Part shown: one piece after another, positions 26,159 to 33,793 of the stretch
Layout: every line of letters starts with the position of its first letter
Numbering within the stretch: position 1 is the first letter of the stretch
Virus record (IMG/VR): IMGVR_UViG_3300031211_000001
Span: 1 to 42,807 of that record
Origin: a virus
Taxonomy: Duplodnaviria; Caudoviricetes
DNA: 42,807 nt
Direction: 5' to 3' (one strand)
Translations under genes and position numbers: made by a program
Notes under the pieces: model-generated
What the model saw: only the letters and a program-made list of their open reading frames with translations
Told to the model about the DNA's origin: nothing
Databases searched by the model: none

Positions 26159-26933
26159 TCGTCATCTGATAGGGCGCCCGCGCCAGGTGCCAGACCATGC
26201 TGCCCGGCACGCGCTGGGCTTGGTGGCCGTTGATCCCCAGCGCCGTCTTGGCGCGGCGGGCCAGTATGTGCGGCGGTGCGGCGGTGGGCGCGTCGAATGT
26301 GACGGTCTGTTCTGGCAGCACGTTGTCCAGCGCGCCCGCCCGGGTCGAACGCTTGGCCAGTGTGGCCGCCCAGCGGGTCACAGGGGCCGCCTCCACGTCC
26401 CGGACGGGGGCACACCGCCCGATCATCGCGCGCACCGTCACCGGGCCGTTCACGACACACGCGGTTATCCAGGCGTCCGGGTCGCGTGACAGGGCAACGC
26501 TGATCCCGTTGGCGCTGGGCACGCTGACAGGCTCGCGGGGCGGGGCGGCTGGATAACCGCCGATCGCGACAAGCGCCGCCAGCAGGTCGAACACGTCCTG
26601 CGCCGCTCCAACGTGCGCCAGCGCGCCCACGGTCGGGACAGGCGACAGCAGCAGGTCCGGGACGCCGGGCGCCGCCCACGGGCCGCTCTGGTGGTCCTTG
26701 GGCCATGCGTCGCCATGCTCGGGGCGCCAGGTGCGTTCAGACCATGCGTCGGCGGTCTCGCCCATGGCGGGGGCGTAGGAGCGCCACAGGTGGGCGCCGT
26801 CGCGCCAGACGTCCACGGCGCAGCCATAGACGCCGGGGCGCCCAAGGGGCCGCTGTGCGCCCGTCTGGTGGGCGTTGTGGCGGGTGAGGTACTTGGGAAG
26901 GTCGGGGGCCTCGGGATAGGTGGGCCAGATCAT
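26133..26933 (-). CDS. Hypothetical protein
   Basis: GGAG RBS before ATG; 266 aa, fits operon orientation. Confidence 0.5.
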   Translation of the reverse strand: MIWPTYPEAPDLPKYLTRHNAHQTGAQRPLGRPGVYGCAVDVWRDGAHLWRSYAPAMGETADAWSERTWRPEHGDAWPKDHQSGPWAAPGVPDLLLSPVPTVGALAHVGAAQDVFDLLAALVAIGGYPAAPPREPVSVPSANGISVALSRDPDAWITACVVNGPVTVRAMIGRCAPVRDVEAAPVTRWAATLAKRSTRAGALDNVLPEQTVTFDAPTAAPPHILARRAKTALGINGHQAQRVPGSMVWHLARAPYQMTIDRASTDA

Positions 26934-26989
26934 GGCGTGACTCCAGGTTCAAGGGTGGTGGCGGGCCGGATGTCCAGCCCGCCAGGGTT

Positions 26990-28087
26990 TCAGGGGTAGC
27001 GCATGGGCATAAGCAGATGGAACGCGTCAGGCACGGCGGCACACGAAAGGCGCATGGGCTCGCCGGGCTCACCCAATTCGAGGATCAAGTGGCCGGGCGC
27101 CCGCGCAATCACGGTGTTCACGGCGTCCAGCAGAGACCGGACATTGACGCCCACGCCGCCCTTCCACGGCTCCGACAATATCCCGGCGGTGATCGTGTGG
27201 CCGCGCATGGTCAATGTGTTGGCGGTGGCGTCCAGCGCGACGGTGTTCGACCGCTCCTGCCCGACGCCATCCAGCCGCTTGAGGCTCTTGGCAATCACGG
27301 CGGGGTCAACGGTCAGCCGGTGCCCGCCTTTGGAGAGTAGGCAGGTGTAATCGGGAAAGGTGTCGTCGATCACTTTCGAGTGGATCACATGGCCGCCGGG
27401 CAGAGTAAAAACGATCCGGGATTCATAGACGCCCATGGCGACGGTGCCTTCGCCTTTCGCGCCGATATGGTCCAGCAGGATTTTCACGGTCTTGGTGGGC
27501 AGGATCACGCCATCCTCCTGGCGTTCATACGCCCATGGCGTGCCGGTGGGGTGGAACCCCATCTTGTGGCCATCGGTCGCGACGAACGCCAGCCGCCCTT
27601 GCGTGTCGGGGTGGATGTAAACGCCATTCAGGTAATACCGCGTCTTTTCGTCGGATATGCACGGCGCCACGAACGCAAGCCAGGTGCGCAGGTCTTGCAC
27701 ATCGAAGGACGCGGTGAACATCGGGGCGCCGGGGTGTTCCAGTATCGGGAAATCGGCCTCCGGCATGGTGTCCAGGCGCGACACAAGGCCGTCGCATGTG
27801 ACGGTGCAGACGCCATCGGTGGGGTCAGGATCGAGGTGGGCCAAGGCGCCCTTGTCCGCGCCAGCCAGCACCTTGCGCAGCTCGGCCAGGGGTAGGGTGA
27901 AAGGGGCGTGCGGGCCGCAGTCAGACAGGCGCCAGGACGCTTCAACGTCCAGATCCGTGGCAGCTATCGTTCCATCGCCGCGAAACAGGACGTGCGACAG
28001 GATCGGGACATATGTCTTGTTCTCGACGGTGCGCGCCAGGAACGTCAAGGCGGCGGTGAGTTCGCTATGTGCGATCGTGATGGTCAT
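26990..28087 (-). CDS. dnaN: DNA polymerase III beta sliding clamp-like protein
   Basis: PILSHVL, ATDLD, ADFP, TRYYLNGV, VATDGHKM, VILP.K, SKVIDDTFPDY, LLMPMR; GAGGA RBS before ATG 28087. Confidence 0.88.
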   Translation of the reverse strand: MTITIAHSELTAALTFLARTVENKTYVPILSHVLFRGDGTIAATDLDVEASWRLSDCGPHAPFTLPLAELRKVLAGADKGALAHLDPDPTDGVCTVTCDGLVSRLDTMPEADFPILEHPGAPMFTASFDVQDLRTWLAFVAPCISDEKTRYYLNGVYIHPDTQGRLAFVATDGHKMGFHPTGTPWAYERQEDGVILPTKTVKILLDHIGAKGEGTVAMGVYESRIVFTLPGGHVIHSKVIDDTFPDYTCLLSKGGHRLTVDPAVIAKSLKRLDGVGQERSNTVALDATANTLTMRGHTITAGILSEPWKGGVGVNVRSLLDAVNTVIARAPGHLILELGEPGEPMRLSCAAVPDAFHLLMPMRYP

Positions 28088-28140
28088 GGGGTTTTGTCCT
28101 CGGTGGGTTGGGGTGCGACGGCGCATGGTGCGCCGCCGGG

Positions 28141-28509
28141 TCAAAGGAACAGGTCGCGCGTGTTGCCCTTGTTGGACAGGCGTAGGTGGCCGTAGCGGGG
28201 GTCTGAACGCCAGCGCCAGACGGTGCCGGGGGTCAGGAACGGGCGCAGGGCCTTTTCCACCGCCGCCTGTCCCTTAGCTGCATCGGCGGTCAGGCGGTCG
28301 GTGTCCGCGTCGTCAAGGCCCATGATGTATCCGCGGCGGTTGGCGCACCACTCTTTTGGAACGCCATTGCAGAGCCCCTCCCGGGCGCGCTGAATGCGGG
28401 CCAGGTGGCGCGCCGTGGCGGCGCAGGCATCCTGCAAGGCGCCGGTGGCAAGGGTGCGTCGCAGCAGGCCGGAACGCCACAGGGCGAGCTCAATGTCTTT
28501 ACGGGTCAT
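28141..28509 (-). CDS. Hypothetical protein
   Basis: GGAG RBS; 122 aa. Confidence 0.6.
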   Translation of the reverse strand: MTRKDIELALWRSGLLRRTLATGALQDACAATARHLARIQRAREGLCNGVPKEWCANRRGYIMGLDDADTDRLTADAAKGQAAVEKALRPFLTPGTVWRWRSDPRYGHLRLSNKGNTRDLFL

Positions 28510-28524
28510 TGTCGTAACTCCAGA

Positions 28525-28590
28525 TTAAATTGAAAGGATAGCGCCGACGATCCACCAGAGCAGCAGCGCGGCAAGAACGATTTCGATCAT
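28525..28590 (-). CDS. 21-aa single-TM peptide MIEIVLAALLLWWIVGAILSI
   Basis: TAGGAG RBS overlapping the upstream stop; entirely hydrophobic. Confidence 0.6.
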   Translation of the reverse strand: MIEIVLAALLLWWIVGAILSI

Positions 28591-28600
28591 GGTCAGTCTC

Positions 28601-28678
28601 CTAGTTGTCTGCGAACAGCAGAGCGATAATAAAAAGGACAAAAAAAGCGATGAGTATCCCTCCGGCGATCTCGATCAT
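28601..28678 (-). CDS. 25-aa single-TM peptide MIEIAGGILIAFFVLFIIALLFADN
   Basis: ATGA coupling to the upstream gene; same MIEI start as the neighbour. Confidence 0.55.
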   Translation of the reverse strand: MIEIAGGILIAFFVLFIIALLFADN

Positions 28679-29040
28679 GGGGCGCCAACCAATCTGGGCA
28701 GGGTGGCCCAATCCGGCTTGTCACTGGACAGGGCAAGCGCGGCGATCGTGTCAAGGTGCGCCGTGATGTGCGCCGCCCATTGCGCCGCGACTTTTGGCGA
28801 CGGCTTGCGCGCCATATCCGCCAGATGCACCCGCCCGTTGTAATCGTTCATAATGTCGTGAAGCTGCGATGTGTCGGAGACCAGACAGCGGAAAACCGAC
28901 AGCTTCAAACCGCGCCGCCGCTCGTTTTTTGAATAGTGCAGCTTAATCTGCAAGGTGGGTACGCCTGGATCGCTGGCCAGCATATCGCCCAACAGGGCGC
29001 GGTCGATCGTGCGGTGATCTTCTAGGATGTAATCAGCCAT
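28675..29040 (-). CDS. Hypothetical protein
   Basis: AAGGAG RBS before ATG 29040 (MADYILEDH...). Confidence 0.65.
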   Translation of the reverse strand: MADYILEDHRTIDRALLGDMLASDPGVPTLQIKLHYSKNERRRGLKLSVFRCLVSDTSQLHDIMNDYNGRVHLADMARKPSPKVAAQWAAHITAHLDTIAALALSSDKPDWATLPRLVGAP

Positions 29041-29135
29041 GGTTATTCTCTCCTTGTGGGTGGCGCCTGGGCGCCGGTTGTGGGCAGGTGGGCCCATTGT
29101 GAGACGCGCCTCTCCAGGGCGCGCCGTGCAATGGG

Positions 29136-29378
29136 TCATGCCAATTCGTCGGCCAGGCGCAGCAACTCGGCGGCCAAGCTGCGCGCCTCGGCGGGGGTCA
29201 GCGTTGCGCGCCAAACTCCTATATCGAAGTAAAGGACAATCCCGCCAGCCTCATGGGGTAGAGATGCATCGGCGCAGGGACAGGCGAAGGCGCCAAGCGT
29301 GCCGCCACGGGCCAGGATAGGGAAGTAACCGGCGCCCTCCCCTACCCTGACGTGCAAGGGGTTCAAGCGCGCGCTCAT
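29136..29378 (-). CDS. Hypothetical protein
   Basis: GGAGG plus ATGA coupling; C-terminal LTPAEARSLAAELLRLADE. Confidence 0.65.
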   Translation of the reverse strand: MSARLNPLHVRVGEGAGYFPILARGGTLGAFACPCADASLPHEAGGIVLYFDIGVWRATLTPAEARSLAAELLRLADELA

Positions 29379-29587
29379 GGCCGCGCCTCCCACGCCAGCC
29401 GGGCCTTGTCCCGGGCCAGCCACAAGACGCCCAGGCGATCGTCGAACGATCCGCGCCCGCGTTTCTCATACCGGGCCGTCTGGGCGCCGGATCCGAACCG
29501 TTGGACAAGTTCGGCGTGCCAGGCGATGTCGGCTTCAAGGAACCGTGTGGCGGGGCCCATCGGGGCGACGTAGGGTTTAAAGGTCAT
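29375..29587 (-). CDS. Hypothetical protein
   Basis: GGAGG plus ATGA coupling (MTFKPYVAP...). Confidence 0.65.
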   Translation of the reverse strand: MTFKPYVAPMGPATRFLEADIAWHAELVQRFGSGAQTARYEKRGRGSFDDRLGVLWLARDKARLAWEARP

Positions 29588-29799
29588 GGCCGGGCCTCCG
29601 GCTGTCCGGTGACGACCTGGGCGCCGTTGGCCACGGCATGGGCGCCAATCGCGCGCCCAGCGGCGGTGGTATAGAACGGGCTGGATGCAATCCAACCGCC
29701 TTCAAAGCGTGCCACCCAAACAGGCTTGCCGCTGATGTGGCCGGTGTATTCCCTGGCCACGGTGTAGCGCCGGTCGCGGGAAACGGGGTAATGGGTCAT
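29584..29799 (-). CDS. Hypothetical protein
   Basis: GGAGG plus ATGA coupling (MTHYPVSRDRRY...). Confidence 0.65.
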   Translation of the reverse strand: MTHYPVSRDRRYTVAREYTGHISGKPVWVARFEGGWIASSPFYTTAAGRAIGAHAVANGAQVVTGQPEARP

Positions 29800-29963
29800 T
29801 CCGAATAATCCTCCAGAGTGGTAACAAGCCCGTCGAAATCTTCGTTCGGGCCAAGCGCGTTCGCGGCGGCGATCGCGATCCGGCGCGGAACGTCCAGATC
29901 GTCGGCCAGCTGTTCGATATAATCGCGGCGGTTCTTGTAACCTTGTTCGGTGTAGATGCACAT
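29796..29963 (-). CDS. Small acidic phage protein
   Basis: GAGGAG RBS; YTEQGYKNRRDYIEQLADD...LGPNEDFDGLV. Confidence 0.7.
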   Translation of the reverse strand: MCIYTEQGYKNRRDYIEQLADDLDVPRRIAIAAANALGPNEDFDGLVTTLEDYSE

Positions 29964-29991
29964 TTTCTCTGTCTCCTCTGTTTCTTTCACC

Positions 29992-30020
29992 CTTGTATCG
30001 TGCGCCAGGTGGGGTGTCAA
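29992..30020 (-). promoter_or_regulatory. Sigma70-like early promoter
   Basis: TTGACA-N17-TACAAG with T-rich sequence upstream. Confidence 0.65.
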
Positions 30021-30044
30021 GAATAAAATGATGTGGGGAAGAAC

Positions 30045-30272
30045 TTATTCTTCGGCCACCTCGAACGTCCGGCCGGACTGGGCGACGTGGCGGAACCCAG
30101 CCTCGAAGGTGTCGGGTTGGGCGGGAACGCGTACCGTCGTGTGCAGAACACGACTGAATGGGTTGTCGGGGTCATACAGCTTGATGGAATATTCCGGCGC
30201 GCGTTTCGCAAACGTGTGCAGCTTTGTTTCAAAGTCTGTGAAACGCATCCCGTTAACGTAGATAACTTTCAT
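30045..30272 (-). CDS. Hypothetical protein
   Basis: AGGAG RBS; 75 aa. Confidence 0.6.
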   Translation of the reverse strand: MKVIYVNGMRFTDFETKLHTFAKRAPEYSIKLYDPDNPFSRVLHTTVRVPAQPDTFEAGFRHVAQSGRTFEVAEE

Positions 30273-30289
30273 CGTGGTTTCTCCTGGGG

Positions 30290-30640
30290 TTTGAACGGTT
30301 AAGTTATTATGGCGGTAAAACGTGAACGGAACGTGAACCGATGCACGTTTAGGTTGTTTTCTGGCCGGTGGACTCGCATTTTCTGAAATTTAGGGGGCAA
30401 ACCTAATAATGGAGTAGAAAGTACTAAAATTAAATAGTAATACTTACTCTTATTTATTTATATTACTACTTACGGGAAGGACCACAAATATAGTGGGGTT
30501 TATACACGCTTAGGTTGTAAATAAGTTAGGCGTTAAGTTATTAAAAGTTTTCGGCGCTTGGCTGCGGGTTACTCGGCCACTTTGCAGCAAAACGCCCAAG
30601 AGACACGGCGCTTTTAAAACACCGTGCCTTAACATCTTGT
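30290..30640. other. AT-rich non-coding island, candidate origin or regulatory region
   Basis: Most AT-rich stretch of the genome; short repeats GTTAAGTTATTA x2, AACGTGAAC x2, CACG(T/C)TTAGGTTGT x2. Confidence 0.5.
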
Positions 30641-30656
30641 TATTGTTTCCCGACCC

Positions 30657-30857
30657 TCATGACGTCGCACGCTCGACCAGCGTCCACTCGACCATCCAGC
30701 CATTGAGGGTAACCATCTCCTGTGTATCGTGGCAGAACGCCCTAACCTCGCCGTCCAGATCGGCGCCCGGCGCCACCGAGACGTGCAGCTCCAAGGCACC
30801 CCAGCACGCCAGATACTCAATCCACCCGGCCCGCGTGCAGCATGTATCCGATGTCAT
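30657..30857 (-). CDS. Hypothetical protein
   Basis: MTSDTCCTRAGWIEYL...; alternative GTG start at 30872 with GAGGTG upstream. Confidence 0.5.
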   Translation of the reverse strand: MTSDTCCTRAGWIEYLACWGALELHVSVAPGADLDGEVRAFCHDTQEMVTLNGWMVEWTLVERATS

Positions 30858-30900
30858 CACAGCGCCGCTCACAGCGCCACCTCGTCGGCTCTGGGCGCCC

Positions 30901-31053
30901 TCACAACGCCACCTGGGCGCCGCGACCGGCCTTGAACCCCAAGGCATAGGCCGGATCGCATTGACCAGCCACAGGCGGCTCACAGCGTGCGTCGGCGCCG
31001 TGTGCAAGGCCCAGGTCGTATGCCCAGCGCGCGTAGTCGTCGAGATGTACCAT
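30901..31053 (-). CDS. First early gene, 50-aa hypothetical protein (missing from the ORF track)
   Basis: AGGGAG RBS; MVHLDDYARWAYDLGLAHG...AYALGFKAG... Confidence 0.6.
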   Translation of the reverse strand: MVHLDDYARWAYDLGLAHGADARCEPPVAGQCDPAYALGFKAGRGAQVAL

Positions 31054-31093
31054 TGTCAAAACTCCCTATCTGCCTAGCACCATCGCCCGGCTT

Positions 31094-31146
31094 CAATAAT
31101 AAGATAGCATGATACGCCTGACAGCGCAATAATAAGATAGCGTGAT
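31094..31146 (-). promoter_or_regulatory. Early promoter built from two 20-bp direct repeats
   Basis: CAATAATAAGATAGC(A/G)TGAT at 31094 and 31127; minus strand reads TTGCGC-N17-TATCTT with extended -10 TG. Confidence 0.65.
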
Positions 31147-31396
31147 TGCACCGCACCTGGGAAACAAACTGTTTTCAAAATCGAGGCTTGATCTTATTGA
31201 ATGTTCGTGGTAGCGCGTGACGCGTGCGACGCTGTGACATATGGGCCGCACTGTGACCGATAGGCAACAGGTGTGACATTTCTGCCACGTTCTCGTTTCG
31301 TTCTCGGGCCCGGGGGTGGTTCGTGGTCGTGGGTTCCACTGTTCGCTATGGCGCCGAGAAACCGCGCGCCCCAATTTTTCAGCTTCCTATTATTCA

Positions 31397-31496
31397 CTGC
31401 GTTTATCCACTTCGTTGTTCACGCCTTCCGGCTCACTTCGTTGTCTCCTGCGTTTATCCACTTCGTTGTTCACGCCTTCCGGCTTACTACGTTTTT
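31397..31496. repeat. 37-bp perfect direct repeat with 51-bp period and CACTTCGTTGT subrepeats
   Basis: ctgcgtttatccacttcgttgttcacgccttccggct at 31397-31433 and 31448-31484. Confidence 0.9.
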
Positions 31497-31513
31497 CACG
31501 CACCGGGACCCCC

Positions 31514-31543
31514 TTGACAGATCGCCTCCACCTCGCGTAGCGT
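31514..31543 (+). promoter_or_regulatory. Sigma70-like promoter of the late/structural arm
   Basis: TTGACA-N18-TAGCGT upstream of GGAGG and GTG 31581. Confidence 0.55.
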
Positions 31544-31580
31544 TCCCCCAACGTGACCCGCCCCCAACGGAGGTTCTGCC

Positions 31581-31694
31581 GTGAAGATGAACAAGCCCAT
31601 GCCCCGCACCAAGCCGCTTGCGAAGTCGAAGCCCATGCCCCGCACCAAGCCGATGGCTTCCACCAAGTCGATCCCCAAGACGAGGCGGAAGTAA
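31581..31694 (+). CDS. 37-aa highly basic peptide (missing from the ORF track)
   Basis: GGAGG RBS; MKMNKPMPRTKPLAKSKPMPRTKPMASTKSIPKTRRK; TAATG coupling to the next gene. Confidence 0.65.
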   Translation: MKMNKPMPRTKPLAKSKPMPRTKPMASTKSIPKTRRK

Positions 31695-32119
31695 TGGCCT
31701 CGTTCAGCAAGGCCTTCGCTGCCGCCCGGAAGGCCAAAGGCCCCGGCAAGACGTTCATGTGGCAGGGCAAGTCCTATTCCACGAACACGGCCGCGGACAA
31801 GAGTTCCTCCACCAGGCGTGCCTCCCCTTCTGCCCCTGCCTCCTCTCCACGTCCGCCATCTGCCGGTGCCAAGGGCGCTGCGCGGGGTGCGGCTGGAGCC
31901 GCCGCCGGGGCCGCTGCGGTTGCACGTGTGCGCGAGCGTATGCCGCAGGTCGAGGCGTCCACCGAGGGGCGGCGCATGGAGCGTGTGGGGATCGAGCGGC
32001 CGTTCATGCCAAAGACGCGGGCTGCGCTGGCAGCGGCCAAGGCCGACCGGGAGGCCAGGGCAGACAAACCCAAGGCGAAGCGGTCCGGTCGGAACAATGC
32101 GCGCAGGAGGGCATATTGA
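31694..32119 (+). CDS. Basic hypothetical protein with SFSKAFAAARK...KTFMWQGKSYST motif
   Basis: ATG 31694 coupled to the upstream stop; K/R/A-rich. Confidence 0.7.
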   Translation: MASFSKAFAAARKAKGPGKTFMWQGKSYSTNTAADKSSSTRRASPSAPASSPRPPSAGAKGAARGAAGAAAGAAAVARVRERMPQVEASTEGRRMERVGIERPFMPKTRAALAAAKADREARADKPKAKRSGRNNARRRAY

Positions 32120-32419
32120 ATGGCACAAAACCAGGTTTCTCTCGTCGTCGGCCCCGATGCGTGGGTGCAGTTGACCAACGCGAACGTGACGCAGATCACT
32201 TTCCAGGTGTTGTCGGGAGCGGTGTTCATCCGCTACACCAACGGCACGACGCCCCCGGCTGCCAACGCGCAGGGCACGCGGTACACCGCAGCGACCGGGA
32301 CATCCGAGGGTGAGTTGCGGCGGCTGTTGACGGACCTCGTGAGTCTGGCGGGCGCCAACCGCGTCTGGGCCCGCGCCACGCGGAACGGCAGCCTCGTCTA
32401 TGTGGACCATATTCCGTGA
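32120..32419 (+). CDS. Small beta-rich hypothetical (possible virion) protein
   Basis: AGGAGG RBS; 99 aa. Confidence 0.65.
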   Translation: MAQNQVSLVVGPDAWVQLTNANVTQITFQVLSGAVFIRYTNGTTPPAANAQGTRYTAATGTSEGELRRLLTDLVSLAGANRVWARATRNGSLVYVDHIP

Positions 32420-33228
32420 TCAGCCCTTTCGGGATGGGGGGTCTCGGGTCCGGGTTCGGCGGCGGCGGCGGCGGCGGCTTCTCCCCTGCGTCCCTGTTCG
32501 CAGGCGGCACAGAGGGCGCATGGTATGATCCCAGCGACCTGACTACGCTGTTTCAGGACTCGGCTGGCACCACGCCCGTCACAACGGCAGGACAACCTGT
32601 TGGGCTGATGCTGGACAAGTCGGGCAGAGCCCACCACGCAATTCAATCAACACCGTCTAAGCGCCCAACCTACACCACGGGCAGCGGTCTGGCATGGCTG
32701 GCGTTTGACGGCGTAGATGATGCAATGTCCACCGGGGGGATTGACTTCACTGGCACGGACAAGGCGACCGTGTTTGCTGGGTTGCGTAAGTTGTCCGAAG
32801 CGGCAACTGGACTGCTTTTTGAAACCAGCGCCGCTGCCGATGCCAATAACGGGGCGTTTGCCTTAGCGACTCCAACAGCCTCTGCGGCAAATTCATTTAG
32901 CTTTGTTGGAAGAGGCACAACGACCAGCGCTAATGCAACAGCAAACGCGCTGACTGCGCCACAAACCGCCGTCTTAACAGGGCTTCTGGACATTGCCGGA
33001 CCACTTAACAGGACGCGGAAAAACGGCGTGGACGTTGCTACTGTGACCACAACGCTTGGCACAGGAAACTTTGGCAATTATGCACTTAACCTTGGCGCGA
33101 GGAGTGGAACAAGTATATTTTTCAATGGCAATCTCTACGGCCTAATCATGCCCGGCAAGCTGGCATCCGCTGCTGAAATCGCACCGACAGAAACCTACCT
33201 TGCCGCAAAATCGGGGGTGACACTTTGA
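32416..33228 (+). CDS. LamG/ConA-like putative virion adhesin
   Basis: Gly linker, then FSPASLF...GAWYDPSDLTTLFQDSAGTTPV...DKSG...FDGVDD...FFNGNLYG. Confidence 0.65.
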   Translation: MISPFGMGGLGSGFGGGGGGGFSPASLFAGGTEGAWYDPSDLTTLFQDSAGTTPVTTAGQPVGLMLDKSGRAHHAIQSTPSKRPTYTTGSGLAWLAFDGVDDAMSTGGIDFTGTDKATVFAGLRKLSEAATGLLFETSAAADANNGAFALATPTASAANSFSFVGRGTTTSANATANALTAPQTAVLTGLLDIAGPLNRTRKNGVDVATVTTTLGTGNFGNYALNLGARSGTSIFFNGNLYGLIMPGKLASAAEIAPTETYLAAKSGVTL

Positions 33229-33602
33229 GACTGACAATCGCTTGCCCTGATGCGCTGCGGGATGATGCCAACGACCTTGCGATGGTGCTGGGCTATGGTC
33301 CGGGCGATGCGGCAACATATGGCGCGCTGAACTGGCAAGACGCAGACGGTAATCTCTACGCCGCCGCAAGTCTGCCCGTGGGTTCGGCCTTCGTCACAAC
33401 GGCGCAGACGACCCTACAGCGCCCAACGTGGGACACCGACAACATAATCAGCATGGCAGCAGCCAATCGCGCACAAGCGGCGCTGGTGTTCAGCCTTGAG
33501 CCTGTGCTGGCCATGCCCGACAAGCTGACGGCGTGTGCAGGTGATGATGGACTGGCAACGCTTGCCGCAATGGGGATGACGCAGGTTGAGGTGGAAGTAT
33601 GA
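33225..33602 (+). CDS. Hypothetical partner protein of the LamG-like gene
   Basis: TTGA overlap with the upstream stop; same lower-GC codon style. Confidence 0.6.
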   Translation: MRLTIACPDALRDDANDLAMVLGYGPGDAATYGALNWQDADGNLYAAASLPVGSAFVTTAQTTLQRPTWDTDNIISMAAANRAQAALVFSLEPVLAMPDKLTACAGDDGLATLAAMGMTQVEVEV

Positions 33603-33641
33603 GCCCCCCCTTGTGGTCTGTACCCCGCCACGCACAACCCC

Positions 33642-33670
33642 TTGACGCGCCCAGCTTCACGGGCTAGTTT
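33642..33670 (+). promoter_or_regulatory. Sigma70-like promoter
   Basis: TTGACG-N17-TAGTTT. Confidence 0.6.
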
Positions 33671-33758
33671 TGAACCGAGCCCGCTCACCGCCCGCTCGGT
33701 CCCGGCCCGCGCCCCGTCTCCTCGGTCCCGCGCGGGCTGGTGACACCCTTCCCCCTTG

Positions 33759-33787
33759 TTGACAGCCAGCCCACCCCGATCTAGCTT
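33759..33787 (+). promoter_or_regulatory. Sigma70-like promoter giving a probably leaderless terS mRNA
   Basis: TTGACA-N17-TAGCTT ending 6 nt before ATG 33794; no SD. Confidence 0.65.
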
Positions 33788-33793
33788 GGCGCC

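Noticed and set aside
30290-30640. CtrA boxes (TTAA-N7-TTAA)
   Set aside because: The TTAA pair I could see near 30533 is spaced by 4, not 7; a proper motif scan is still needed
31397-31496. CRISPR mini-array (with the Cas4-like nuclease at 17979-18692)
   Set aside because: Only two repeats with a 14-bp gap that is itself a subrepeat; the nuclease is a typical phage replication-module exonuclease
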